This document shows positions 1 through 10,287 of a stretch of DNA of 64,000 nucleotides, in pieces; positions within the stretch are counted from its first letter, which is position 1; each line of letters starts with the position of its first letter. Both the position numbers and the translations under genes were made by a program. This DNA is from an uncultured Armatimonadia bacterium. GTDB lineage: Bacteria; Armatimonadota; Zipacnadia; CAVVLO01. Under the pieces are notes generated by a model. That model made no database searches, was not told the origin of the DNA, and saw nothing but the letters and a program-made list of their open reading frames with translations. The stretch covers positions 544,001 to 608,000 of the forward strand of contig CAVVLO010000001.1 of assembly GCA_963749155.1 (NCBI GenBank), given 5' to 3'.

Positions 1-902
<902 letters not shown>

Positions 903-928
903 GACCGGGGCAGCTTGGGGATGAAGGT

Positions 929-1687
929 ATGCCCAGGTCGGAAAAGCCGGTAATCAAGCGGCCAGAAGAGCTTCAAGCAATGAGAGAAAGCGGCAGGCTG
1001 CTAGCGCGGACTTTTGAGGCGCTTGCTGATTTGATAAAGCCCGGGGTGACCACCCGGGAGCTGGACAGCTTTGTTGAGAACTATATAGCGCTCGGGGGCG
1101 GCAGGCCATCGTTCAAGGGATACAACGGTTATCCCGCGGCAATCTGCGCTTCACCCGAAGAGGTAGTGGTCCACGGGATTCCCGATGACCGACCTCTGGT
1201 CGAAGGCCAGATAATTGGTATCGACATCGGAGTAGAGCTGCGAGGTTGGCACTCTGACTCGGCGCGGACCTATGCAGTGGGCCAGATCAGCCAAGAGGCC
1301 GAGCGGTTGATGAAGGTCACGAAGCAGTCGCTCGAGGCCGGGATAGCACAAGCAGTGGTCGGGGCGCAGGTTGGCGATATAGGCGAGGCTGTCGAGGCGG
1401 TAGTAGAGCAGGCAGGTTATTCAGTAGTCCGAGACCTGGTCGGGCATGGGATAGGCCGTCATTTGCATGAAGCGCCCGAAGTGCCGAATTTCAAGGTGCG
1501 AGGGCGAGGGATAAGGCTCGAAGCCGGTATGACACTGGCGATAGAGCCAATGGTAAATGAAGGCGGCTGGCAGGTGCAGGTTGGCCCGGATGGGTGGACA
1601 ATCCGCACTAAAGACGGTAAACTGTCGGCTCATTTCGAGCATACAGTCGCGATAACTGAGGAGGGGCCTTGGGTCCTCACTTGTTGA
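929..1687 (+). CDS. map: Type I methionine aminopeptidase
   Basis: VVHGIP, DSART, GHGIG..LHE, AIEPM, SAHFEHT motifs; canonical position. Confidence 0.96.
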   Translation: MPRSEKPVIKRPEELQAMRESGRLLARTFEALADLIKPGVTTRELDSFVENYIALGGGRPSFKGYNGYPAAICASPEEVVVHGIPDDRPLVEGQIIGIDIGVELRGWHSDSARTYAVGQISQEAERLMKVTKQSLEAGIAQAVVGAQVGDIGEAVEAVVEQAGYSVVRDLVGHGIGRHLHEAPEVPNFKVRGRGIRLEAGMTLAIEPMVNEGGWQVQVGPDGWTIRTKDGKLSAHFEHTVAITEEGPWVLTC

Positions 1688-1707
1688 GTGAGGGCAGGCC
1701 GTAGTGG

Positions 1708-1926
1708 ATGCCCAAAGAAAAGCCGATCCGAGTCGAAGGGGTCATCACAGAGACGTTACCCAACGTCATGTACCGGGTGCGACTCGATAACGGCCACGAG
1801 TTGATCGCGCACGTGTCGGGCAAGATGAGGATGAGGTATATCCGCATCGTGAAAGGCGACCGGGTAAGTGTAGAGATGAGCCCTTACGACATAACAAAGG
1901 GACGCATCGTCTGGCTTCACAGGTAA
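1708..1926 (+). CDS. infA: Translation initiation factor IF-1
   Basis: 72 aa, [24 protein letters not shown]. Confidence 0.97.
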   Translation: MPKEKPIRVEGVITETLPNVMYRVRLDNGHELIAHVSGKMRMRYIRIVKGDRVSVEMSPYDITKGRIVWLHR

Positions 1927-1968
1927 AAGGAAGCAACCGCCCGAGAAGGCGTTTAGGAGTGGCAAGCA

Positions 1969-2082
1969 ATGAAAGTACATTCGGCAGTAAAGGTACGCTG
2001 TGACAGGTGCAAGATTGTAAAGCGGCGGGGAGTAGTGCGGGTTATCTGCACCAATCCTCGGCACAAGCAGCGACAGGGATAG
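1969..2082 (+). CDS. rpmJ: 50S ribosomal protein bL36 (Zn-ribbon form); not in ORF track
   Basis: Hand translation [37 protein letters not shown] (37 aa), AGGAG RBS upstream. Confidence 0.97.
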   Translation: MKVHSAVKVRCDRCKIVKRRGVVRVICTNPRHKQRQG

Positions 2083-2103
2083 GCACGTTGGAGGTGCACT
2101 GGT

Positions 2104-2487
2104 TTGGCGCGTATCGCGGGAATTGACCTTCCGAACCACAAGCGGGTAGAGATCGCCCTGACGTATATCTACGGGATAGGGCGCTCCAGGTCGCTGGAGA
2201 TAATGGCGCAGGCCGGGATCGACCGGGCCGCAAAGGTCGAGTCGCTGACCGACGACGACCTTACCCGGGTCAGAGAGATCCTCGAACGGGACTATATGAT
2301 CGAGGGAGATCTTCGGCGTCAGGTAACACAGAATATCAAGCGACTGATCGAGATCGGTTGTTATCGGGGCGTGCGACACAAGATTGGACTGCCAGTACGC
2401 GGGCAGCGGACTCGGACTAATGCGCGGACTCGCAAGGGTCGCAAACGCACAGTCGCGGGCAAGAAGAAGGCCCCGGGCAAGAAGTAA
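2104..2487 (+). CDS. rpsM: 30S ribosomal protein uS13
   Basis: [33 protein letters not shown]. Confidence 0.97.
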   Translation: MARIAGIDLPNHKRVEIALTYIYGIGRSRSLEIMAQAGIDRAAKVESLTDDDLTRVREILERDYMIEGDLRRQVTQNIKRLIEIGCYRGVRHKIGLPVRGQRTRTNARTRKGRKRTVAGKKKAPGKK

Positions 2488-2516
2488 AGGCGCCAGGCAG
2501 GTATTAGGAGGACGAA

Positions 2517-2912
2517 ATGGCCAGGAAGCAAGTCAGTCGCGGAGCCAAGAAGAAGACACGCGTGCAGTCGCCACTGGGGCGCGCAGTCATCAAGGCTAGC
2601 TTCAACAACACGATAATTACGATGACAGATACGACAGGTAATGTCATCTCGTGGGCCAGCGGCGGCACCGTAGGATATCAGGGAAGCCGGAAGGGATTCC
2701 CGTTTGCGGCGCAGCTAGCGGCAGAGCAGGCAGCAAAGAAGGCAATGGATGCTGGACTGCGGAAGGTGGATGTCGTGATGCGCGGGCCTGGCCCCGGTCG
2801 CGAGACAGCCTTCAGGACGCTGCAAAGCTCCGGGCTTGAGATCGCGAGCGTGAAGGACGTAGCAAGTATTCCGCACAATGGTTGCCGCCCCAAGAAGCGG
2901 CGTCGCATATAG
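2517..2912 (+). CDS. rpsK: 30S ribosomal protein uS11
   Basis: [22 protein letters not shown]. Confidence 0.97.
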   Translation: MARKQVSRGAKKKTRVQSPLGRAVIKASFNNTIITMTDTTGNVISWASGGTVGYQGSRKGFPFAAQLAAEQAAKKAMDAGLRKVDVVMRGPGPGRETAFRTLQSSGLEIASVKDVASIPHNGCRPKKRRRI

Positions 2913-2929
2913 GGTTGGAGGTGCGCTAG

Positions 2930-3557
2930 ATGGCCAGGTACACTGGGCCAGTCTGCAGGCTGTGCAGGAGAGAAAGCCAGAAGTTGTTCCTTAAGGGGAG
3001 CCGCTGCTTCACCGAGAAGTGCGCTTATGAGCGTCGTCAGACGGCGCCAGGGATGCACGGCGACTGGAAGCGCAAGCCGAGCGAATATGGGATCCGGCTG
3101 CGCGAGAAGCAGAAGCTTCGCCGCGTTTACGGCCTGCTTGAGAAGCCGTTCCGCAACCTTTTTGAGAAAGCAAGCCGCAAGGCGGGCGTAACCGGTGAGA
3201 TATTCCTCGGGATGCTCGAGCGACGGCTGGATAATGTAATATTCAGGCTTGGGTTCGCAAATAGTCGCAACCAGGCCCGTCAGATGGCGCGTCACGGGTT
3301 CTTTACAGTAAATGGTAGCAAGGTCGAACATTCCTTCCTATCAGTTGCGCCCTGGTGATGTTGTCGCTTTGAGCGATCGCGGGAAAAAATCGCCACTGGT
3401 CAGCGGTATCCTGGAAGTCGGCGGTACTGCCGCGGTGCCAGGCTGGCTGGCAGCGGATATGCCGAACCTGCGCGGACAAGTAGTAGAGATGCCCGGCCGC
3501 GCCCAGATAGACGTACAAGTCAACGAGCAGCTCGTCGTTGAGTTCTATTCGAGGTAA
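2930..3557 (+). CDS. rpsD: 30S ribosomal protein uS4 (Zn-binding Cys form); +1 frameshift near 3325 (probable error)
   Basis: [23 protein letters not shown] in first frame; IPSY...[11 protein letters not shown] in second frame. Confidence 0.95.
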
Positions 3558-3592
3558 GTGAACTGCCCGAGCTTTCAGGAGAGTGGTAGAAG

Positions 3593-4567
3593 TTGGCGGA
3601 AATCGTGCCAGAGATAACCTGGCTGGAAGCTGGAAAGCATCGTGGCAAGTGCGTCGTGGAGCCTCTGGTGAGAGGCTATGGGACTACGCTTGGGAATGCG
3701 CTCAGGCGCATCCTGCTTTCGCAGATAACCGGCGCGGCCATCGCAGCGATGAAGCTGGAAGGCATACAGCATGAATTTGCCACAGCGCCCGGAATGCGCG
3801 AAAGCGCGCTGGAGTTCATGCTCAATGTGAAGAAAGTGGCCTTCCGGGCCAAAGGCACCGGCGAATGGACTTGCAGCGTGTATGCGAGAGGCGAGGGCGA
3901 GGTGCTGGCTGGCGACATTAAGACGCCGCCGGATCTCGAGATCGTGAATCCCGAGTTGCACCTGATGACGCTGACTGCTGAGGAAGCCGTGCTGGACGCC
4001 GAGTTCATCGTGCGGACTGGTAAAGGCTATTGCCCATCGGAAGACCATACGGACTTGCCGAAGAATCAGATAGGGGTAATCCCTGTTGATAGCATTTTCA
4101 GTCCGGTAACCGGGGCCAATGCCATAGTAGAGCCCACCCGAGTAGGGCGCGATACGAACTATGACAGGCTGGTGCTGGATGTCACAACTGATGGCTCCAT
4201 GACGCCAGAAGAGGCAGTAGATGCCGCAGCCAAAGACTTGCTGAAGCATCTGCGTATCTTCCTGACCGTTAGCGGCGCGCCACTTTCAGCGGAAGAAGGC
4301 GGGCTTGGTCTGGGCGATGGGGACGTAACTCGCAGGCGTATCGAGGATATGGGCTTCTCGCAGCGGGCTTTCAACTGCCTGCAGAGAGAGGGTATTGAGA
4401 CTCTTGGCGCGCTAATGCAGAAGAGTGAACCTGATTTGATGGCGATGAAGAACTTCGGCAGGAAGTCGCTCGATGAGGTTATCGAGAAGCTGAACGAACT
4501 GGGACTCAGCCTGAAGAGCGAAGAAGGTCCTGCTGTCGAAGAGGCGCCTGATTACATCGAAGAATGA
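3593..4567 (+). CDS. rpoA: RNA polymerase alpha subunit
   Basis: EPLVRGYGTTLGNALRRILLS, DSIFSPV, alpha-CTD NFGRKSL. Confidence 0.97.
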   Translation: MAEIVPEITWLEAGKHRGKCVVEPLVRGYGTTLGNALRRILLSQITGAAIAAMKLEGIQHEFATAPGMRESALEFMLNVKKVAFRAKGTGEWTCSVYARGEGEVLAGDIKTPPDLEIVNPELHLMTLTAEEAVLDAEFIVRTGKGYCPSEDHTDLPKNQIGVIPVDSIFSPVTGANAIVEPTRVGRDTNYDRLVLDVTTDGSMTPEEAVDAAAKDLLKHLRIFLTVSGAPLSAEEGGLGLGDGDVTRRRIEDMGFSQRAFNCLQREGIETLGALMQKSEPDLMAMKNFGRKSLDEVIEKLNELGLSLKSEEGPAVEEAPDYIEE

Positions 4568-4597
4568 GCTGCGCTAGCGGCCTTGAGGTGATATGCA

Positions 4598-5221
4598 GTG
4601 AGACACAGGGTTAGAACAAATTCGCTTGGCAGGGCTGGGGATCAGCGGGACGCAATGCTGAAGCACCTGGTACGCGGTCTGATAGAGCATGGGAAGGTCG
4701 AGACCACAATACTGCGCGCCAAGCGCGCCCGGCCGATAGCCGAACGCCTTGTCACCTATGGCAAGAGAGCGCAGCTAGCGATGCAGGTCGCGGCGGCAAC
4801 CGAAGCCATGATGCAGTCAGCCAAGGAGAAGAGCGATGCCTCGGCGACCGCCAAACAGGCGGACGCGCTGGCCACTTTGCTCCAGGATGCGGTAGCGGGG
4901 ATGACCGAGGGCACTGCCAAGCGCAACCGGGCCGAGCAGGCCAGGGTATGGGCCGAGGAAGTTTCTGCCAAAGCGAAGGCCGGAGAGCTTGATGAGGCTA
5001 TCGCGCTGATTCGGTTGATTTGGGTCTACGGCAGCGGGACCAATGTTGCGCTGAGGCGGCAGGCTCGGAAGCTGCTTGGCGATGAGAAACTGATCAAGCA
5101 CCTTTTCGAAGAGATGGCGCCCGAGTATATGGATCGCAACGGCGGTTACACACGGATTACGCGCACTGGGCTGAGGCGTGGCGATTCAGCTCAAAAGGCC
5201 GTGCTGGAGTTCGTAGAGTAA
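4598..5221 (+). CDS. rplQ: 50S ribosomal protein bL17 with ~90-aa internal insertion
   Basis: MRHR..LGR N-terminus and DRNGGYTRI..RRGD C-terminus; follows rpoA. Confidence 0.95.
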   Translation: MRHRVRTNSLGRAGDQRDAMLKHLVRGLIEHGKVETTILRAKRARPIAERLVTYGKRAQLAMQVAAATEAMMQSAKEKSDASATAKQADALATLLQDAVAGMTEGTAKRNRAEQARVWAEEVSAKAKAGELDEAIALIRLIWVYGSGTNVALRRQARKLLGDEKLIKHLFEEMAPEYMDRNGGYTRITRTGLRRGDSAQKAVLEFVE

Positions 5222-5228
5222 ACCCGTT

Positions 5229-5960
5229 ATGAAAGTGAAGCTGGTGCTCGAATATGACGGCACCGACTTCCGAGGCTCCCAGCGTCAGAAGGACGCCAGG
5301 ACCGTCCAGCAAACGCTGGAAGAAGCTATAAGCGCTGTTTGGCAATTCGAACCCAGGTTACACCTGGCAGGCAGGACCGACGCAGGAGTGCATGCGCGCG
5401 GTCAGGTGGCCGACTTCGAGCTACCGCTGGAGCTTCCCCCTCGGCGGATCAAGCTGGTGCTGAATCAGCATCTGCCATCCGATTTGAGGGTAAGGAGAGC
5501 GGAGAGAGCAGAGCCAGACTTCCACAGCCGGTTCGATGCGGTGCGGAAGACCTATGGATATTATCTGTGGCTTGCGAGAAGGCTGCCAATAAGCCAGGCC
5601 AGGTATGTCTATCAGCCTGAAGAGGCACCAAATCTCGAGGCGCTGTCACAAGCTTTGAGGCTATTCGAGGGAGAGCATGATTTCCTCGGCTATTCCAGGA
5701 GCGGTTCAGGCGAATCGAGTTCGGTGCGCAGGCTGGAGCGAGTCCGGTTTTTCCCCGTAAGGGGTGGCCTGCTGATTACGCTGACAGGGCCAGGCTTTCT
5801 GAGGAATATGGTCAGGATGCTGGTTGGAGCGGGGCTCGAAGTTGCGATGGGCAAGGCCACTAGCGCAGAGCTTGCGGAAAGGCTGGAGCATCCTGTCAGG
5901 CAAGGTCGCAGAGCCGTGGCACCCGCAAAAGGTTTATGGCTGCTTGGGATTCGATATTGA
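5229..5960 (+). CDS. truA: tRNA pseudouridine(38-40) synthase
   Basis: EYDGT.F.G.Q.Q, AGRTDAGVHA.GQV, FLRNMVR. Confidence 0.95.
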   Translation: MKVKLVLEYDGTDFRGSQRQKDARTVQQTLEEAISAVWQFEPRLHLAGRTDAGVHARGQVADFELPLELPPRRIKLVLNQHLPSDLRVRRAERAEPDFHSRFDAVRKTYGYYLWLARRLPISQARYVYQPEEAPNLEALSQALRLFEGEHDFLGYSRSGSGESSSVRRLERVRFFPVRGGLLITLTGPGFLRNMVRMLVGAGLEVAMGKATSAELAERLEHPVRQGRRAVAPAKGLWLLGIRY

Positions 5961-5993
5961 ACCAGGTTATCAGGTTGAGGTTGGAGGCAAGAA

Positions 5994-6434
5994 ATGGTAT
6001 TGCATCAGAGGACTCCGTCAGCGAAAGCTGCTGAGCTTGGAGACAAGTGGCATATAATCAGCGCCAAAGGGCAAACGCTAGGCCGTATGGCCAGCCGTAT
6101 CGCCCTGGTGCTGAGGGGCAAACACAAGGCTACTTTCACTCCGCATGCTAATTGCGGCGATCATGTCGTCGTCATAGACGCAGAGCAGTTGGTAGTTACC
6201 GGCAACAAGCTCGCTGACAAGATTTATTATCGCACCAGCGGGCGGCCAGGTGGTTTGAAAGAGACGACGCTGCAGACGATGATGCAGAAGGATCCAGCTC
6301 GGGTCATCCAGATGGCCGTTAAAGGTATGCTGCCTCACAACCGGCTGGGGCGCGAGATTATTAAAAAGCTTAAGGTCTACGTGGGATCCGAGCATCCGCA
6401 TGAAGCCCAGCAGCCTGAACCCCTGGAGCTGTGA
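5994..6434 (+). CDS. rplM: 50S ribosomal protein uL13
   Basis: LGR.AS.IA..LRGKHK..FTPH..CGD, GMLP, HPHEAQQP. Confidence 0.97.
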   Translation: MVLHQRTPSAKAAELGDKWHIISAKGQTLGRMASRIALVLRGKHKATFTPHANCGDHVVVIDAEQLVVTGNKLADKIYYRTSGRPGGLKETTLQTMMQKDPARVIQMAVKGMLPHNRLGREIIKKLKVYVGSEHPHEAQQPEPLEL

Positions 6435-6445
6435 GGAGAGAAAAC

Positions 6446-6835
6446 ATGGCTGAACTTTTTTATGGAACTGGTAGAAGGAAGACCGCAGTCGCTCGCGTGT
6501 GGGTTGGCGAGGGCGAAGGCGATATGACGATTAACGCCAAGAGTCCGGAAGAATATCTGTGCCGCGATTTGCTGGTCCAGATGGTCAACGCGCCGCTTAA
6601 GGTCGTTGGGATGACTGACCGGATTGTGGTAAAGGCAAGCGTTGCCGGAGGCGGCGTCGCTTGTCAGGCTGGCGCGGTGCGCCACGGGATCGCAAGAGCC
6701 CTGGTTGCCCTTGATCCGGCACTGCGCGTGCCACTGAAGAAGGCAGGCTACCTTACTCGCGACCCGCGCGAGAAGGAACGCAAGCATGCTGGATGCCATC
6801 GCGCCCGGCGTGGAAAGCAGTTCTCCAAGCGCTAA
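6446..6835 (+). CDS. rpsI: 30S ribosomal protein uS9
   Basis: GTGRRKTAVARV, LTRDPR.KERK, QFSKR; ATG 6446 with GAGGAG RBS. Confidence 0.96.
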   Translation: MAELFYGTGRRKTAVARVWVGEGEGDMTINAKSPEEYLCRDLLVQMVNAPLKVVGMTDRIVVKASVAGGGVACQAGAVRHGIARALVALDPALRVPLKKAGYLTRDPREKERKHAGCHRARRGKQFSKR

Positions 6836-6870
6836 TCAGGCAGACGCGCAAGCGTTTGAGGAAGCATACA

Positions 6871-6910
6871 GACCAGGCGACGGTCCTTTTGGGCCGCCGC
6901 TTGGTTTTTT
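6871..6910 (+). terminator. Intrinsic terminator of the ribosomal protein operon
   Basis: Stem accaggcgacggtcc/gggccgccgcttggt (with G-U pairs) followed by T-run. Confidence 0.8.
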
Positions 6911-6935
6911 CATGCAGGTTGTATAATTGATGAAT

Positions 6936-7712
6936 ATGAAAGAAGAAGCTTCGCCAAAAGGGCTAAGACGACTGGCGTGGGGGCTGACAATCGCAGCTCT
7001 GGGCATGTGGCTGCTGCTTGCGTTTTCGCTGCCGCTAAGGGCGCCTCATGCCAGTGAAGCCAGATTTGTGGTGGACTCACAAGGCGCGACGACCGAGAGA
7101 CCGGGCAAAGTCGGTGTCGCGGTTGCCAAAAGGCAGATCGTCATCCACGAGAGAGCAACTGACGACTCAGGTGTCATAGGGAAAGCGGCTGAAGGCGAAC
7201 AATTGATGACAGTCTCCACTAGCGCTGGCTGGACGTCGGTAGTGTGGGATGGGCACCTCGCCTGGGCCAGGTCAGAGGAACTGGAAAATACCGGCCTGCA
7301 GCTTGCAGTCGGAGCGCCTTCGACCGCCCAGAGGAAAGCTGCCGAAAGGCTCGTTGCCGAGGCGCATACCTGGCTCGGGACGGAATATGTGTGGGGCGGC
7401 CAGTCGAAGCAAGGCGCGGACTGCAGTGGGTTCATACAAACACTTTTCGCGAAGCACGGAGTAAAACTGCCGCGCACGACAGGGCCTCAGGCAAGAGTGG
7501 GTTTTCCCGTAACCTTGAAGGAACTGGAACCTGGCGACAGGCTCTGCTTCAATTACAGCGACCATGTGGATCATGTAGGGCTGTATATCGGGGGACACAA
7601 ATTCATCCACGCCTTTGGATCAGCGAGGCGAGTGGTCATCTCTTCGCTGCTGGACCCGCGCTTCAGCCACCCCTTTGTCGGGGGAAGGCGCGACTTGCTC
7701 CCATCGGATTAA
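6936..7712 (+). CDS. NlpC/P60 (C40) cell-wall peptidase with N-terminal signal/TM and SH3b-like domain
   Basis: YVWGG...DCSG...HVGLY...IHA catalytic triad; hydrophobic N-terminus; start could be 6927, 6930 or 6936. Confidence 0.88.
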   Translation: MKEEASPKGLRRLAWGLTIAALGMWLLLAFSLPLRAPHASEARFVVDSQGATTERPGKVGVAVAKRQIVIHERATDDSGVIGKAAEGEQLMTVSTSAGWTSVVWDGHLAWARSEELENTGLQLAVGAPSTAQRKAAERLVAEAHTWLGTEYVWGGQSKQGADCSGFIQTLFAKHGVKLPRTTGPQARVGFPVTLKELEPGDRLCFNYSDHVDHVGLYIGGHKFIHAFGSARRVVISSLLDPRFSHPFVGGRRDLLPSD

Positions 7713-9073
7713 CGGTTGCGCCAGGCGGCGACGGCCGCCTCCCAGACTTCTCTCACTGACACGCCAGCCTCAGCAGCCAGGCGCTTGCAGTCTTCAAACT
7801 CGGGTGCAGCGTGAAGCACTTCCTCCCCGAGCATACCTGCCTTCACCTTTACCTGACCATAGGGCGTTGTAACGTCGTGGAAGATGCGGTCCAGGCAGAC
7901 ACGTTGGACGCGCTGCAGGCGGACGCCCAAGGTCGTAGTGTCGCGCAGCAGCACGTCAATTGCCTCGGTAGTTTTGTCGGGAGAAACCAGGACTGAGAGT
8001 AGAAGCCCCTGGCGTTGCTTCTTCATCATTACAGGGGTGGTGAAGACGTCGCGCGCGCCAAGAGTGAACAGTTTATCGAGGACAGGTTCGAAAAGCTCGG
8101 GATTCATGTTGTCGAGTTCGGTCTCGAGCAAATCAAGTTCGCGCAGTTCCAGGGTGGCAGGCGCTTCATCATCGCCGAGTATCAGGCGCAAGACATTAGC
8201 GGTATCGGGCAGGTCTTTGGTTCCGGCTCCATAGCCAACGCCAGCCACTTTTACTGGCGCCAGTGGGCCGAAGTCTGAAACCAGGGTCGCGATAATCGCT
8301 GCCCCTGTAGGGGTAAGCACTTCAAAAGTGTAATCGGTCTTGCGTAGCGGCAGACCGCGCATCAACAGCAAAGTAGCTGGCGCAGGAAGGGGCATCGGCC
8401 CATGCTGAGTTTTGGCGACGCCGCCAAAAGTGGGCAGAGGACTCGAAGTGAAGCGCTCGATACCCAGGTGCGCGAAGCCGGCCGCGGCCCCCACGATATC
8501 GGCGATAGAATCCCAGGCGCCCACCTCGTGGAAGTGGACCTCTTCAGGCGTTGTGCCGTGGACTTTCGCTTCTACCTCGGCGATACGGTCGAAGATGGCC
8601 AGCGCCAACTGCTGCACGCGCTCTGGAAGAGAGGCGCCAGTGAGCAGCTCGCGGATCACTTTATATGACCGGCCATGGCCTTCGTCTCCGTGGGAGTGGC
8701 CAGCCTCCTCATGAGGGTGCTCGTGAGGGTGCTTATGATTATGGTCATGGCTGTGGTCATGCCCGTGGTCATGGCTGTGGTCATGGCTGTGGTCATGCCC
8801 GTGGTCATGGTCATGGTTATGGGTATGAGTATGACCTTCCTGGTCGTGCGGGTGATGGTGGGGCTCGGGCTCTGAGCCAGGCCAGGAGACGTGGACCGAG
8901 GTCGCACTGATACCATGCTTCACAACTTTTTCGGCTGAGAGCTTCAACTCCTCCAGGCCCATAAGGTGGAGGGGCTCGGTCAGGACTTCAAGCGGGACGC
9001 CCAGGTCAACCAGGGCGCCCAGTATCATATCGCCACTTGCGCCGGCGAAACAATCGAAATGAAGAGTCTTCAT
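7709..9073 (-). CDS. larC: Nickel pincer cofactor biosynthesis nickel insertase LarC (single full-length ORF)
   Basis: FDCFAGASGDMILGAL, His-rich insert, VHFHEVGAWDSIAD, TPTGAA, APEFEDC. Confidence 0.94.
   Translation of the reverse strand: MKTLHFDCFAGASGDMILGALVDLGVPLEVLTEPLHLMGLEELKLSAEKVVKHGISATSVHVSWPGSEPEPHHHPHDQEGHTHTHNHDHDHGHDHSHDHSHDHGHDHSHDHNHKHPHEHPHEEAGHSHGDEGHGRSYKVIRELLTGASLPERVQQLALAIFDRIAEVEAKVHGTTPEEVHFHEVGAWDSIADIVGAAAGFAHLGIERFTSSPLPTFGGVAKTQHGPMPLPAPATLLLMRGLPLRKTDYTFEVLTPTGAAIIATLVSDFGPLAPVKVAGVGYGAGTKDLPDTANVLRLILGDDEAPATLELRELDLLETELDNMNPELFEPVLDKLFTLGARDVFTTPVMMKKQRQGLLLSVLVSPDKTTEAIDVLLRDTTTLGVRLQRVQRVCLDRIFHDVTTPYGQVKVKAGMLGEEVLHAAPEFEDCKRLAAEAGVSVREVWEAAVAAWRNR
8742..8816. 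repeat. 12-bp tandem repeat (ggtcatggctgt/ggtcatgcccgt) encoding the HDHS/HDHG His-rich tract of LarC
   Basis: About 6 near-identical units visible, in frame on the minus strand. Confidence 0.9.
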
Positions 9074-9093
9074 CCAGTCCTCCAGAAAAACCT

Positions 9094-9855
9094 TCAGGCC
9101 TTGTCAATTAGCGAGGCAAAATAGCCCGCCCCGAAACCATTGTCGATGTTGAAAACGGATATCCCAGTCGCACAAGAATTGAGCATCGCGAGCAGTGCGG
9201 CGAGTCCACCGAAGCTGGCGCCATAACCTACGCTGGTTGGCACTGCGAGCACTGGGACTGAGACGATGCCACCCAGGACACTTGGCAGCGCGCCTTCCAT
9301 TCCCGCCACGGCGATAAGGACCGAGGCGCCAGTAAGGACCTCAATATGACTTATCAGTCGATGGATGCCCGCAACCCCGACATCATAAATACGCTCTACC
9401 CGGTGACCGGTAAGCTCTGCGGTGACAGCGGCTTCTTCTGCAACCGGGATATCGGTCGTTCCACCGGTACACACGGCGATGTAACTCGTTCGCGCAGAAA
9501 CATCAGGCCAGGTTTCTCCCTCTGGGAAAGCGACCAGGATGCGCGCCTCCTGGCGATATTCGGCGCCTGGCACCTGGGCCTGAATCTGCTCTGCCATTTC
9601 AGAACTGACGCGCGTCGCCATCGCAACGCTGCCGTGGGTGACCATCCGCTGCATCAATATTGCGACTTGCTCCGGGGTCTTGCTCTGGGCAAAGATGACC
9701 TCGGGGAAGCCCCTGCGCAGATGACGGTGATGGTCGAGTTTGGCGAAACCAAGCTCTTCATACGGCACCTTGCGTAGTTTTTCGAGCGCCTCTTCAGAGG
9801 ACAAGGCGCCAGACTTTACGGCCTCGAGCAGGGCTCTTAGTTTCTCCTCCTGCAT
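9094..9855 (-). CDS. larB: Nickel pincer cofactor biosynthesis carboxylase LarB (PurE-like)
   Basis: FAKLDHHR..RRGFPEVI, DVGVAGIHRL, AGMEGALPSV, PTSVGYGA, NIDNGFGA. Confidence 0.95.
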   Translation of the reverse strand: MQEEKLRALLEAVKSGALSSEEALEKLRKVPYEELGFAKLDHHRHLRRGFPEVIFAQSKTPEQVAILMQRMVTHGSVAMATRVSSEMAEQIQAQVPGAEYRQEARILVAFPEGETWPDVSARTSYIAVCTGGTTDIPVAEEAAVTAELTGHRVERIYDVGVAGIHRLISHIEVLTGASVLIAVAGMEGALPSVLGGIVSVPVLAVPTSVGYGASFGGLAALLAMLNSCATGISVFNIDNGFGAGYFASLIDKA

Positions 9856-9972
9856 TGGCGACTCCTTTGGTCGAAGTATTTGGTTGTTCCAGGTAGTCTA
9901 TTGAAGCCGGGCCAGATTATCAACTGCAACAGGAAAAGGAGGGCCAAGTCAGGAAAAAGCTTGCGCAGGGCC

Positions 9973-10001
9973 TTGAGGGGAGCGCGCGTCAGTGTTATAA
10001 T
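9973..10001 (+). promoter_or_regulatory. Sigma70-type promoter of the tRNA cluster
   Basis: TTGAGG-17bp-TATAAT with extended TG, GC-rich discriminator before the tRNA. Confidence 0.75.
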
Positions 10002-10010
10002 CGCTCGCGC

Positions 10011-10106
10011 GGAGAGATGGCTGAGTACGGTCGAAAGCGATCCCCTGCTAAGGGATTACGGGGGCTAAAACCTCCGTCGTGGGTTCAAATCCCACTCTCT
10101 CCGCCA
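10011..10106 (+). tRNA. tRNA-Ser(GCT)
   Basis: GGAGAGA/TCTCTCC acceptor, anticodon arm atccc-ctGCTaa-gggat, long variable arm, GGTTCAAATCC, CCA. Confidence 0.95.
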
Positions 10107-10114
10107 GATAACGC

Positions 10115-10191
10115 GCGCCCATAGCTCAGCTGGATAGAGCGGATGACTACGGATCATCAGGCCAGGGGTTCAAATCCTCTTGGGCGCGCCA
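10115..10191 (+). tRNA. tRNA-Arg(ACG)
   Basis: GCGCCCA/TGGGCGC acceptor, gatga-ctACGga-tcatc, T-loop, CCA. Confidence 0.96.
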
Positions 10192-10207
10192 CTTTCCCCT
10201 CCACCAA

Positions 10208-10283
10208 GGCCCCGTAGCTCAGGGGATAGAGCAGCACCCTCCTAAGGTGCGTGTCGCAGGTTCGAGTCCTGTCGGGGCCTCCA
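10208..10283 (+). tRNA. tRNA-Arg(CCT)
   Basis: GGCCCCG/CGGGGCC acceptor, gcacc-ctCCTaa-ggtgc, GGTTCGAGTCC, CCA. Confidence 0.96.
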
Positions 10284-10287
10284 CCAG

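Noticed and set aside
4769..5038. Intein in rplQ
   Set aside because: No N-terminal Cys/Ser block or C-terminal His-Asn followed by Cys/Ser/Thr; the insert looks helical, not like the beta-rich HINT fold.
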